NCBI RefSeq assembly: GCF_009914755.1
Contig: NC_060930.1
Direction: 5' to 3' (one strand)
Origin: the human T2T-CHM13v2.0 reference genome, Homo sapiens
DNA length: 64,000 bases
The translations under genes and the position numbers were made by a program. The notes below the pieces were generated by a model. The model saw nothing but the letters and a program-made list of their open reading frames with translations. It was not told the DNA's origin and did not search any database. Shown here piece after piece: positions 22,761 through 36,020 of this stretch. Within the stretch, counting starts at the first letter, position 1, and each line of letters begins with the position of its first letter.

Positions 22761-23166
22761 GTATGGTTTATCCCTTGCTTGCTATGTGAAATACACAAGT
22801 ACACACACATGCTTCCTTAATGGCTGCTTAACAACCCAATAAATTGATGAACATTTCCCCTATTCTTGAACTTTTAGGTTTCCTCTGGTCATTTCCTATT
22901 ACAAATACGGCTATGTTAAGTATGTTTATGTATAAATCTGACCATATTCATAATTAATGCCTTAGAATGTGCCAAAAAGTATAATTGCTAGATATAAAAA
23001 AAAGGATCCTCTCGATAGATGTTTAAAATATTTTCTTAAATGTTATAGGAATTCACATTCACCCAGAGGTAATTATCTCACCCCATCTTTCTCAGCATTG
23101 AGTCCTACATTTTATTAAAAAAATTACTTGATTTCATAAGCAAAATGTTATATTCTACTGCTGTAT

Positions 23167-23296
23167 ACTATTTATGCCTAGCGTTCCATTATTGGAACGC
23201 TAAGCATGTGGGAGTTGTTTATATCCTACTGTTCAAGGTCATCGCCAAGTTCTGATTGCAAAAATTCAAAATATTGCAACCTCAAGCATAAGCGCA
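23167..23296 (+). mobile_element. MER85 (piggyBac/PGBD3-related MITE), copy 2
   Basis: atttatgcctag; intact gttccattattggaac palindrome at 23183-23198; followed by TTAA at 23297-23300. Confidence 0.92.
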
Positions 23297-24491
23297 TTAA
23301 TAAATTTAACTGTGTAGACTTAGACTACAATTTATCAGTAAATTTTTGTTTATGTCTTTTGTTAATCTTTGAGTGATGTTTGTATCATTTTCTTAGCTAT
23401 TAAAAAAGATATTTATTATTGCTATAAACCCTTTTGACTACAAATAGTTTCAGTTTTTCGCCTCCTGTTTATTACTTGATTTACACATTTTTATTTTATG
23501 TAAATTTATCTATCTTTTGTTTTGAAATTCACGTCCTTCTCATCCAAAGAGTAGTAGCCTCTTTCAACAATAGGTAAAAGAGTTACCAAAGTTTAGAAAA
23601 ATAAGATAAATAGTTTTTATCTCTATCATGATACATCACTTCCACACATTTTATACACACATCTTGTCTTAGTATGAAGGTTCTTAAGGGTTGAGCCTAT
23701 GCTTTATTCTAAATATTTCTAGAACATATAGAAAGGGCTCAATAAATATTTTGTTAAATGAAACAAAAAAATAGGAATTAGTAAACATGTGCTTTACTTA
23801 GTAAACAAAAGCTTTACAAAGACTTTTCAAAACAACTCAAGGCACTGCACATGTATTGCACCTACACATTTTCTTGTTTACATTTGGATGATAAAATTCT
23901 ATTTCTTATGTACAATCTGAAAAAAACTAATGTTAAACTAAGGGCAGACATTATTCCCTAGGTGCTTCAAAAATAAACTGAATCAACTAGAAAGTTTCTT
24001 GCAAAAGATATCTACTATCATATATCATCTTGTGAATCTATTCACTTCTACTTATTTACTTATAATATGCAAGATACCTTGTGAATATTTCATAAGGAAA
24101 TTCTGTGTATCTACCATGTATTCTTGAAATATTCCACAAAATAAACCAAAGGCATCTCCAAATTGTAGACCATTAGGCAGTATTTTCAGGATCAGCAAGT
24201 AACTGTTGGTCTCTTCCCCTTATGGAAACTTCCCTTGGATTTAGGTTATTCACAGCCTTTCAGAGGAAGTTGAATCCCAAACTAAAATTAATGCACTGAA
24301 TTTGAAAGAACATAGGATATCTTGCTGAGGTCAGAGATGAAATTATGACCACTATTATACAACTTTCCTTTAGGGAAAAAAAACTTCATTTTTTAAACAA
24401 ATGCCATCACTTTCTCTAGTAATCACAATGACTATTGTCTTCATGTTTATATTTTTGGTCTTTCAGAAGCTGGAGAAAATGACTATTGTAT

Positions 24492-24948
24492 TAAGGGAGG
24501 AGACCACCCCTCATATTGTCTTATGCCCAATTTCTGACTCCAAAGAAAGAAGAAGTAAAAACTAAAAGGCAGAAATGAAATCTACAGGCAGACAGCCCGG
24601 CGCCATGCCCTGGGCCTGGTTAAAGATCGACCCCTGACCTAAACCAGTTATCTTATCTATAGATTTCAGACATTGTATGGAAAAGCATCGTGAAAATCCC
24701 TGTCCTGTTCTGTTCCATTCTGATTACCAGTGCACGCAGCCCCCAGTCACGTACCTCCTGCTTGCTCAATCAATCACAACCCTCTCACAGGGACCCCCTT
24801 CGAGTTGTAAGCCCTTAAAAGGGACAGGAATTGCTCACTCGGGAGCTCGGTTTTTGGAGACGTGAGTCTTGCCAAAGCTCCCAGCCAAATAAAGCCCTTC
24901 CTTCAACTCAGTGTCTGAGGGGTTTTGTCTGTGGCTTGTCCTGCTACA
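24492..24948 (+). mobile_element. Solo LTR2 (HERV-E/Harlequin)
   Basis: taagggaggagaccacccctcatattgtc...cttaaaaggg...aataaa...cctgctaca; flanks gtat/gaat (4-bp TSD, 1 mismatch). Confidence 0.88.
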
Positions 24949-26380
24949 GAATGAGTATCTTTATGCCCAGTATTACAGCTTTTAATACCATTCTCATGGA
25001 GCTACATAAACTCAAAATTTTAGAGAAAATAGCATGATGGATGAAGGTGACTGAACAGCTACCACCTTGCTTGCAAATCAATTGCCCCACTGTTTTATAT
25101 AAAGAATGGCTGGTTTGAGAGAGGGATGGAAAGTGCCACTTCCACCAGCAAATAAATAGATTCGAGATAGAGAAAAGGGTTCAAATGCTCACTCTTATCT
25201 GTGTTTGCCCATGTGTTCCCATTACAAGTTTTAGGGCCTCATTCTTCCCAACCAGTGCCTTAACTTAGCACATGGTTTAAATATATATATTCATATCTGG
25301 CCTTGGCCAGGTCTCAGTCACGTCTGCCTTTTCCTTTATGGTTACCATAGGCTTTATTTTTCCCTTCATTTTTGTTGTGAGTTGGGGGTTTAAGATCTTA
25401 AGCCATCTTCTTTCTTTCTTAGGGTCCCCAGTGCCAAAGTCTTTCATTCTATCCATAATCTACAATGTATAATTACTACAAGATATCCCAATAGCATGTC
25501 CTTTATTCAGTATCATGATCCCCCTTCTGTTTAATGAATTTCTACTCCAGAAGTGAGGTTTGTTCTCCTTCTCATTAATTTGTACTTGTCTAGCATTTGT
25601 TGACAATTCCATATAACCTATTCATTGGCTTTCTCTTTCAGGAAATTTTTCTTCCAGAAAAAGAACAAACCCATCTGTGCTATCTTGTTCTTAATCAACC
25701 ACTGCCATTTCAGAAGATGCATATTCCCTGTTAGAATTTCCAGCTGAATCCTGATCTAGGAGCACTGTCTCAGTAGAAAGGGTCCTTAATTTTCTTATCC
25801 TTCTGATATAAGAAAATCATTGTAAGAAGACTTTAATATCATTTATTTGTTATTTTCCTCGGCCTGGAAGTGAGCTGTTTTCTGCTAAACTGCCTACACA
25901 GGGTTTCATTTAGAAATGTTTCCACACACATGGAGATACAAAAAACACAGCACAAAACAGTCCTGACAATCAATCTCCAAGTGGTTCTCATAAAGCTACT
26001 TTCATGTCTCTTCAAATCTGGGATGAGTAAGAAAAAATAAAATACAAACTATTAAAAAGTTAAAGACATATTTCATTGTAAAGTCAATACAAACTAGCTC
26101 TGTGAGCTTCAAGTTAGAAGGAGTAAAAACATACTATAAATTGTATAATATAAAAATTATACAATTTAAGATATAAAAATATAAATTTTATTTCAAAAAA
26201 TTAATCTCAGATATAATGCTAAGCTTTATGTGGACTGGGAAAAAATAAAACATTTCCTTGCTTTGTTTTAATATATGTACATGACAGATCTTGAAGTTAG
26301 CTATTTATCCAGTTTGGAACTCAAATGTTATGTATGCAATGTTGGATAGTACTTTAGTAGGCAAAATCAAATAATTAGCA

Positions 26381-26600
26381 ATCATTCAGTCAACAGATAT
26401 TTTTTAAATGCCTGCTACCTGCCAGGCATTCTTTTACCAACTAGAACTACATCTTTAACAATGCAGGTAAGAGCTCAGAGTTCATGGAGATGGAGCTCAT
26501 AAAGCTTACATTCTAGTGAGGAAGACAGACTATGAATAAAGGAACAAAGGAAGAAAAGAAATAAATGAGAATTTCAGATAGTGTGGGTCATGAAGGCGAT
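26381..26600 (-). mobile_element. L2 3' fragment
   Basis: tcattcagtcaacag...tgccaggcattc...cttacattctagtg. Confidence 0.7.
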
Positions 26601-26754
26601 ACACCAAAACAATATAAGAAAATGATGAAAAAATGATTGGCAGGTTTGTAGTAACATCGTTAGCCTATGTTCAAAAAATGTCTTTCAGAAATAACTAATA
26701 TAGATCTTAAATACTGCCCAAAACACCTCCTGTAGAAACTGGACAATATATGTA

Positions 26755-26945
26755 TTTTTTCTTTTTTATTATACTTTAAGTTCTAGGGTACATGTGCACA
26801 ACATGCAGGTTTGTTATATATGTATAAATGTGCCATGTTGGTGTGCTGAACCCATTAACTAGTCATTCACATTAGGTGTATCTCCTAACGCTATCCCTCC
26901 CCTCTCCCCCCACCCCACAACAGGCCCCGGTGTGTGATGTTCCCA
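26755..26945 (-). mobile_element. L1PA 3' terminus, ~190 bp
   Basis: tattatactttaagttctagggtacatgtgcacaac; no clear TSD. Confidence 0.92.
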
Positions 26946-27306
26946 AAAGTCTGCATGAGTTTGGCAGGTCTGTGATCTTTAAGAAAGGGCGATTCCCAAA
27001 TCTCTTTCACCCAACTTTCTCCCTGAGGGCAAAGAAAGACATACTCCTTCAGTGAAAGAAGCGTAGATCAGAGTTAGGGGCTGCTATGCAGCTGAGATTT
27101 GAAGGATAGGTATTAAAGAAGAAAGAACGGGAGAAAAGGACCCTCTAATATAGGCCAAAAGATTTCCCTTTGGGTCTTCGACCACCATCTAAGCTGCGCA
27201 TGAGTGGGACAGGACTTTAAAAGGACCAGCAGCGAATAGCCTGGGGCTTGGAGAGCTAAGCAGAGATGTAAGATGGCACCTAGTGCCTGCAGAAAGTTAG
27301 ATTTTA

Positions 27307-27629
<323 letters not shown>

Positions 27630-30600
27630 GTTGGATTTTAGACTCAGGCAGCCAGGAGAGATTTTTATAAACTCCCAGGCTTTGGGCTGAGAGTCCAGAA
27701 GGGCCAATCCTAAAAGTCAAGGCTAACCATAAAAATAAGAGCACAAATTTTATGTAAAATTAATTGTTTTGCCAATTTATTTTTTGTCATCAGTGTTAAA
27801 GAAGTTTCTCCCTCATTGATGATAGTATAGATATTTGCCTATTTATTCTCCAGTTAGAGGGGGAAAAAAGATTGTTTTGCTTTGAAAGTTTTTAATCTTT
27901 TAAGAAAGTTTATTATAACAAAAAGTAAAATATTATTGTCCATTTTGAGATCAATAGGAAGTAGAATTGTTTTTAACTGTTTAATGGGTCCTAACAGATG
28001 ATCGGAACCTGGTAGAAATATCCCACCGTTATGGAATAATGCGTCTAGGAGGATGTGAGAGCCATTTGCTCAGGTAATGGTGAATAGAGGCAGGGTCTCC
28101 ATGTGGTGATACTCAAGGTGCATGCAGAGTAGAGGGAGAAACCAATTTCACAATTGCATTCTTTTGAAGTTTGTGTGGCTCAGTATACCACTTAGGCTAT
28201 AGTTATTCTAAACTTTGATAAACATGAAATCGTCTATTTGAAAATATGACATGGCTTGAGATAAAATGCAACAATTTTTATTTGTTTAATCCTGGTAGCC
28301 CTTCTCTTTACAGGTCACTCATATTCATTACTGATAGGCTTCAGATTTAAAACATTACACCCTCCTCTTACCCACTAATATGGCCTCTCCCAATATCCCA
28401 CCAGAATGCTTATGAAAATACACTAAAGACAAGAGAATCTATAACATAACTGAAAGTGCAGACTAATAAACATTGGCGATGGCAAAAACAAAGTTAGATA
28501 GAAAGTAACCTACCCAATGTAAGTCACAAGGCCTAGCTACATGGTTCTTCAGAAAAGCATCTGTAATGAGGTAAAAAAGGCTCTTTATATCCCATGAGAC
28601 TCTTTGTAAGAAGCTTCTTTATATCAGAAAGCCAGGGATTATACAGACAGGAAATTCTCACTCCAAATAAACAGATGCATGTTTGAAATTACATGGATAT
28701 AAAAAAAATACTACAAGCAGCCAAGCAAATAAAAGTGTCTACATATGTTGGAACAATATCTATAGAGTTATCAAAGGAAGGGTTGAGACTAATAAACTGT
28801 ACATCTAGAGAATATAAAAAGACAAAGGCAGATATTTTCAAGATTCAGGAAATACTCTACTATGGAAACTTTTGTAACTGGATAAGTACTTTGATCTTGT
28901 AATGAAGATGACAAATGCATTCAAGAAGGAGAAGTTAGAATATGAAAGGACAGCCAACACTAAAGCTCATTAAACATTAAATCAAAATGACTATTTTCAT
29001 CTCGTGACTAAATGGAATGAAAATGTTAGAAATGATTTTTCAAAGGGAAAAAAATAAAGAAAATATTTAACCTAAAATTAATAATCTGAATTTGAAAATA
29101 CAGATTATAAATAAAACCAAACAGTAGGAATGGAGAGGGTTAAGAAACACATGCTGAATTTCTTGTCTTAAAAGTGATGATTCAAAAGTGTATTTTTTTT
29201 TTATTCTTGACTGGCAATGAGAAAAATGTAGATTAAAGGAGGTTTTCAGAAATAGCATGTAGACATTCCAAAATACTGAAAACAAAATCAAAGAAAAGGT
29301 TTTTTTTTAAGAAAAAAAAAAGGATCAAGGAAATACTAAAACAATAAAAAACTAAAGATGAGTAAAACCAGACAGTTATAAAGTTATATAGAGAGGAATA
29401 AATATAAATAAGAGATGAAAGTGTAAATAAATTTTAATCTGGCAACATGATAAATAGGAAACCTAAAAAAAAAATTCTCAATTTATGATTCAAAACTGAA
29501 ATTCACTGCTGTGAAGTCTCTGGCTGAGTGTAGATTCAGTGGAGGCATTGATTATAACTTTTCAAATACAGGACTTCACATACTTTTGCATATATTATTT
29601 GAATTCTTAGTATCAGTTTAGGAAATTCTCTGGAGATTTCTGGATTAGAATTAAAACAAGAAGATAATGGCAATACCAATGCACAAAACTATCAACATAT
29701 TTGTTCTTAGATTTGAAATTTAAAAGTGAAATTCAAATGTCCCATGAGAAATGGAACTCACTTAGGACTTCTTGGCCAAGATAAGCATTCTAAGAATGGG
29801 AGCAATGGTATTTTAGTTAGATACATGTCAAAAGCTTCTCTTAAAATTAAATAGTTGTCTCAAACAGTCCACAAAGCCACTAATCTTTATACAAACTGTA
29901 TATTCTAAGAAAAAAAAAAAGGATATTTTTTCCAAAAATAAAAATCTTTCAGACCTTTAGTCATTGGCCATTTTAGTGGAAAGTATATTAGTAAAACAAT
30001 ATTTATGCTCATTCTTATCAAACCCTAGACACTCTGGTGATAAACATATGATGGCAGCCTTCACAGTTGTCAACCTCATATTTTCAAGAGAGACAAATAT
30101 GTTGTTTACTCAATGGCTGTCTTCTGAAAATACTATTATGTTCGTTTTTCAAAGGGAAAAAGCAATTCTGAATGTTGTCATTCAACCAGTTGTACTTAGA
30201 CTTGCTGGGCTTGTCTAGAATATTATAGAGACAATAGTTCTTATTATATGAATCCTAACTATATGTGCCATCCATCAATAACAATTACTCTGACATCTTG
30301 CTTGCAACACACGCTTAATACTTGTCTATGTGACACACACAAGGATGTCCTGAAAGGAATCAGAAGGAAGCACCGCTGCCAGAATTCTCAACAGTATGGC
30401 CATATCTGCCTGGAAAAAAATTAAAGTAACCATTTCACAGAAACAAATGTGATCTACATAATAAAAGGAAGCATTTAGAACTCTTAATACTTATTAACAC
30501 AGGAGAAAGGATTGTCCCTAGGTTTTATTTCCAATTTATGTGTCTTAATTGGTCCCTCACTACACTAGGAGATATGCATGATCATTATTTTTCACTAAAG

Positions 30601-31427
30601 CTTAGAAAAATTAAGTTTCCCAGAGTCACACATCCAGCAAAACCACTAAGTCAGGACAAAAGAATCTCAGATCTATCTGACCCCAAAAGCTGTAACCTTT
30701 AGAACAGTGCTGGGCTTACCTCCTGCCTCTCACACTGATATCTCCTAAGTACAACATTTTAGTTTTTTCGTTTTTGTTTTTTTTCCCCCCACAGCAGTGT
30801 CTTTAAGTGAACCTTTGAAGATACTTTGGTGCTATTTTAGTTGTGTCAACTGTACTTTTTTTTTTTTAACAAATACTTAGAGTTATATTTTAACTATACA
30901 TTTTTAGACTAGGAATGCATTTTCAGGGCAATCTAAATGATCCTTACTTTACTACTAAAGAGAAAAATGAGGCCATAAAAATAGAAAACTTGCCCATGGT
31001 TACTAAGGTAGTCAGTGGTCAGAAAAGAACCCAGTGCTCATGAATCTTACCCAGTCCTTTTTCCGTGAGAGTTTTTGATGAATTGTTAGAAAATGTGTTT
31101 CATTTACATGCATTCTAGAACATTCCATCTGCAGTCTGTACATGCCATCCAAACACTTGTTTTTAAAGATGTAAGCATGAACTGAACCATTCCTTTATTC
31201 TTTTTTGTTTTTGCTCTGAATCAACATGGGCAATGTAGTATTTAGCTGCCTACAACCCTGATGTCTTTAGGCCTCTGAAAAATTAACATCATGTCAATGA
31301 TCCCTAAAGTAACCTTTCTCTCAGCATAAAAATGTTTCTTCTGCACCAAAAATGAAACAAAAAATTTATATCATATATAAAGAAATTTGCTGTAATTGTC
31401 TTCCTATGAGAAGTTTTGCTTCATTAG

Positions 31428-31776
<349 letters not shown>

Positions 31777-32990
31777 CGAAATTATTTAATATTACATGGC
31801 AGATAAAATCATAGGGAGAGTTCTTCTTTTAGTAACCACAAAAGCAATTTTTAATAAAAGTACAAACCATGTATGTTGATGTGTTTTCTTCATGACACAG
31901 TTCTCTAATACAGGTTTTAATATCCAGATAGTCAGCAAGTATTTAAAAGGACTGTAAAATCTTTACAGTGTAAGTGCAGACTCTAAATATCACTAAAGAG
32001 ATGAAAATGTGCTGTAAAGATCGTTCTTATTGATAAACATGTATAAAGAAGTTGAAAAGATATTGTGTGTGAACTTAAACAAGAAGTGGTCTCCAGACTT
32101 GGTTACTTCTAGAATCACTGATGTAAAAAAAAAAAAAAGAAAAAAAAAAAAGGTCAAGTCCCATTCAGGCTTGCTTCCCTTTGCTGTTATTTGACAGCGA
32201 ACCCAGGGCCATGGTGCCATTGTTAAAGTTCCATGTGAAATAAGATTTTCCTACAGTGGAACTTCAGTCACTGAAGATTTGTGGAAAACCTCAATGCTTC
32301 TCTAGTGATTATAGAAGTGTGGGAAACTTGGTCCCAGTTTTGTCTCTGCCATTTTGGACAAGACACAACTTTAGGAATTTTTTTATTATTTTTTAAATCT
32401 CTTCAATCTGTAGCTTGAATAAAAATATTTCCAACACTTTTTGAAAGTCTTTTGTGATAATAAAATAGCTATCAAAGTACCTCGTAAAGCACAAAATAAG
32501 AAAGTATTTTTTATCCTCTAAATACAAATTGTAGAAGTATTAATTGCTATAAACCAAGAACGTTAAATATACGTCATGCACTCTGATTTAAACTACCTCT
32601 AAAATCTAAAGAAATAATCATATGTGGCCAAAAATATACACATAAGGTCATTGATAGCAAAGTTGCTGGTAATAAATAGCAAAACCAAAAAGCAAATAAA
32701 TAAATCTGGAAACTAAATTATCAACATTCAAAAAAAAAAAAGATTAAATCCAGTTGTTCAATTATCTAGTGATTAAAACTTATGTCCTTGAAAATTATAG
32801 TATTAATGTACATGATATAATAGTAAGAGAAAAGGCAAACCAAAACTGTATTTATAATGCCATTATAACTATGCATAATTATAGAAAGATGTTCATGTGT
32901 GTTGGCACAAGTGTGAAGGAACTATAAACATGGTAGCAAATGTTACCTGGTTATCCCTGGGTTATGAAATTGTGGCAGATTTTGCACTTT

Positions 32991-35020
32991 TTTAACTTTA
33001 AGTTCTGGGATACATGTGTAGAATGTGCAAGTTTGTTACATAGGCATATATGTGCCATGGTGGTTTCCTGCATCTATCAATCCGTCATCTAGGTTTTAAG
33101 CCCCACATGCACCAGTTATTTGTCCTAATGCTATCCCTCCCCTTGCCCCCATCCCCTGACAGGACCCCATATGTGATGTTCCTCTCCATGTTCCCATGTG
33201 TTCTTATTGTTCAACTCCTGCTCATGAGTGAGAATATCTGGTGTTTGGTTTTCTGTTCCTATATTAGTTTGCTGAGAATGACGGCTTCCAGCTTCATCCA
33301 TATCCCTACAGAGGACATAAACTCATTCTTTTTTATGGCTGCTTAGTATTCCATGATATATATGTGCCACATTTTCTTTATCCAGTCTATCATTGATGGG
33401 CATTTGGGTCGGTTCCAAGTCTTTGCTATTGTAAATGGTGCTGTAATAAACATATGTGTTCAGGTGTCTTTATAGTACAATGATTTACAATCCTTTGGGT
33501 ATATACCCAGTAACAGGATTGCTGGGTCAAATGGTATTTCTGGTTCTAGATCCTTGAGGAATTGCCACACTGTCTTCCACAATGGGTGAACTAATTTACA
33601 CTCCCAACAGTGTAAAAGCATTCCTATTTCTCCACAGCCTCACCAGCATCTGTTGTCTCCTGACTTTTTAATAATTTCCATTCTAACTGGAGTGAGATGG
33701 TATCTCATTGTGGTTTTGCTTTGCATGTCTATAATGACCAGCGATGATGAGCTTTTTCTCACATGTTTCTTGGCCACATAAATGTCTTTTGAGAAATGTC
33801 TGTTCATATCCTTTGCCTACTTTCTGATAGGGTTTTTTTTTTTCTTGTAAATTTGTTTGAGTTCCTTGTAGATACTGGTTATTATACCAGAAACTAATCT
33901 GTCAGATGGATACATTGCAAATTTTTTTTCCCATTCTGCAGGTTGCTTGTTCACTCTGATGATAGTTTCTTTTGCTTTGCAGAAGCTCTTTTGTTTAATT
34001 AGATCCCATTTGTCAAATTTGGCTTCTGCTGCAATTGCTTTTGGTGTTTTAGTCATGAAGTCTTTGCCCATGCCTATGTCCTGAATATTTCCTAGATGTT
34101 CTTCTAGGGTTTTTATGGTTTTAGGTTTTACATTTAAATCTTTAATCCATTTCTCGCCACTCCTATTCAACCTAGTATTGGAAGGTCTGGCCAGGGCAAT
34201 TATGCAAGAGAAAGAAATAAAGGTATTCAAATAGAAAGAGAGGAAGTCAAATTGTCTGTTTGCAGATGACATGATTGTATATTTAGAAAACCCCATTGTC
34301 TCAGCCCAAAATCTCCTTAAGCTGATAAACTTCAGCAAAGTTTCTGGATACAAAATCAATGTGCAAAAATCACAAGCATTCCTATACACCAATAATAGAC
34401 AAGCAGAGAGCCAAAACAAGAGTGAACTCCCATTCACAATTGCCACAAAGAGAATAAAATACTTAGGAATACAACTTACAAGGGATATGAAGGACCACTT
34501 CAAGGAGAACTACAAGCCACTGCTCAAGGAAATAAGAGAGGACACAAACGGAAAAACATTCCATGCTCATGGATAGCAAGAATCAATACTGTGAAAATGG
34601 CCATACTGCCCAACATAATTTATAGATTCAATGCTATTCCCATCAAGACACCATTGACTTTCTTTGCAGAATTAGAAATAACTACTTTAAATTTCACATG
34701 GAACCAAAAAAGAGCCCCTATAGCCAAGACAATCCTAAGCAAAAAGAACAAAGCTGGAGGCATCACCCTACCTGACTTCAAACTATACTACAAGGCTACA
34801 GTAACCCAAACAGCATGGTACTGGTACCAAAACAGATATATAGACCAATGGAACATAACAGAGACCTCAGAAATAACACCACACATCTTACAACTGTCTG
34901 ATTTTTGACAAATCTGACAAAAACAAGCAATAGGGAAATGACTCCCTATGTAATAAATGGTGCTGGGAAAACTGTCTAGCCATATGCAGAAAACAGAAAC
35001 TGGACCCCTTCCTTATACCT
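32991..35020 (-). mobile_element. L1PA7/8-like element with 5' inversion (twin priming)
   Basis: 3' part on - strand to 34150, ORF2 segment on + strand 34152-35020; TSD gattttgcacttt (32978-32990) / gattttgtgtttt (35021-35033). Confidence 0.92.
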
Positions 35021-35529
35021 GATTTTGTGTTTTATGTTTTTCTATATTTTTCTACAATAAACTTGCTATACCTTTACAGTCATATATACACCATTAATAA
35101 AACTCAGAAAAATTTCACAATTACATGCATTTATGACACTCTGAAGTATCATAAGCACAGTTATAATTATCACTAACCAATGACTCCCAGCTATGTGCCA
35201 GGCATTGTGCAAGTTTTATGTATGTTATTTTCTAAAGTCTGTAAGGTAAGTAGTATCAACTTGAAAAAACTCTGTCTCAGGTTAAATATGTTTTCCAAGG
35301 ACACAGGGTTATTAAATGCCAGAAATTTCACTGAAACTCTCCTTTGTATGATTCCAAAACACATTGATTTAACCACTGCATTTTGTGAAAAATCAAAATA
35401 GCAAAGTGTAATTAGCATGTTCCTCTCAATAATTTACTCAGCAAAAATAGAGAATATAGAAAAATTACATAGTTCTTATCTTCAAAGAACTTACAATGTA
35501 TTACAGGAGAAAATATACAAATAAGCAAT

Positions 35530-35791
35530 ATACTCTATGTATACTTATATATTAATATGTATTTTACCTATATATTTCTATACTACACTATACTATGTAT
35601 AGTATATTAATTATTTAAGTATATTATACATTATATGATATATACTAAATATGCTATGTTTGTGTGTGTGTATATATATATATAAAATATATATAATATA
35701 TATAAAATATATATAAAATAAATATATATAAAATATATATAAAATATATATATATATAAAATATATATATATATAAAATATATATATATAT
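35530..35791. repeat. AT-rich (TA)n/(TATAAAA)n repeat
   Basis: Direct inspection. Confidence 0.9.
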
Positions 35792-35809
35792 AGAAAGAGA
35801 AAGCAATGT

Positions 35810-36020
35810 AGGGTCAGGCAAACATCAGTTGCAATCCTGGTTTTACCATTTAGTTGCAACCTCGGCCAAGTTCCCTAACCTTTCTTCAAAAAGCTTCAGG
35901 ATCATCTAACAGGATGAGGGTAACAATAACAACACTTAATTCACATGGATGTAAAAGTATTAAATGAAATAACATGCATAAAATGATTAGTATCAGAAAC
36001 AGAGTGGCTTGGGTAATTGT
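35810..36020 (+). mobile_element. MIR
   Basis: aatcctggttttaccatttag...ggccaagttccctaacct...attaaatgaaataacatg. Confidence 0.7.

Noticed and set aside
25300-25860. Possible CR1/L3 remnant or exon
   Set aside because: Only faint resemblance; cannot be supported without a profile search.
33817-34503. 228-aa ORF crossing the L1 inversion junction
   Set aside because: Chance in-frame fusion of antisense and sense L1 ORF2; no promoter or other support.
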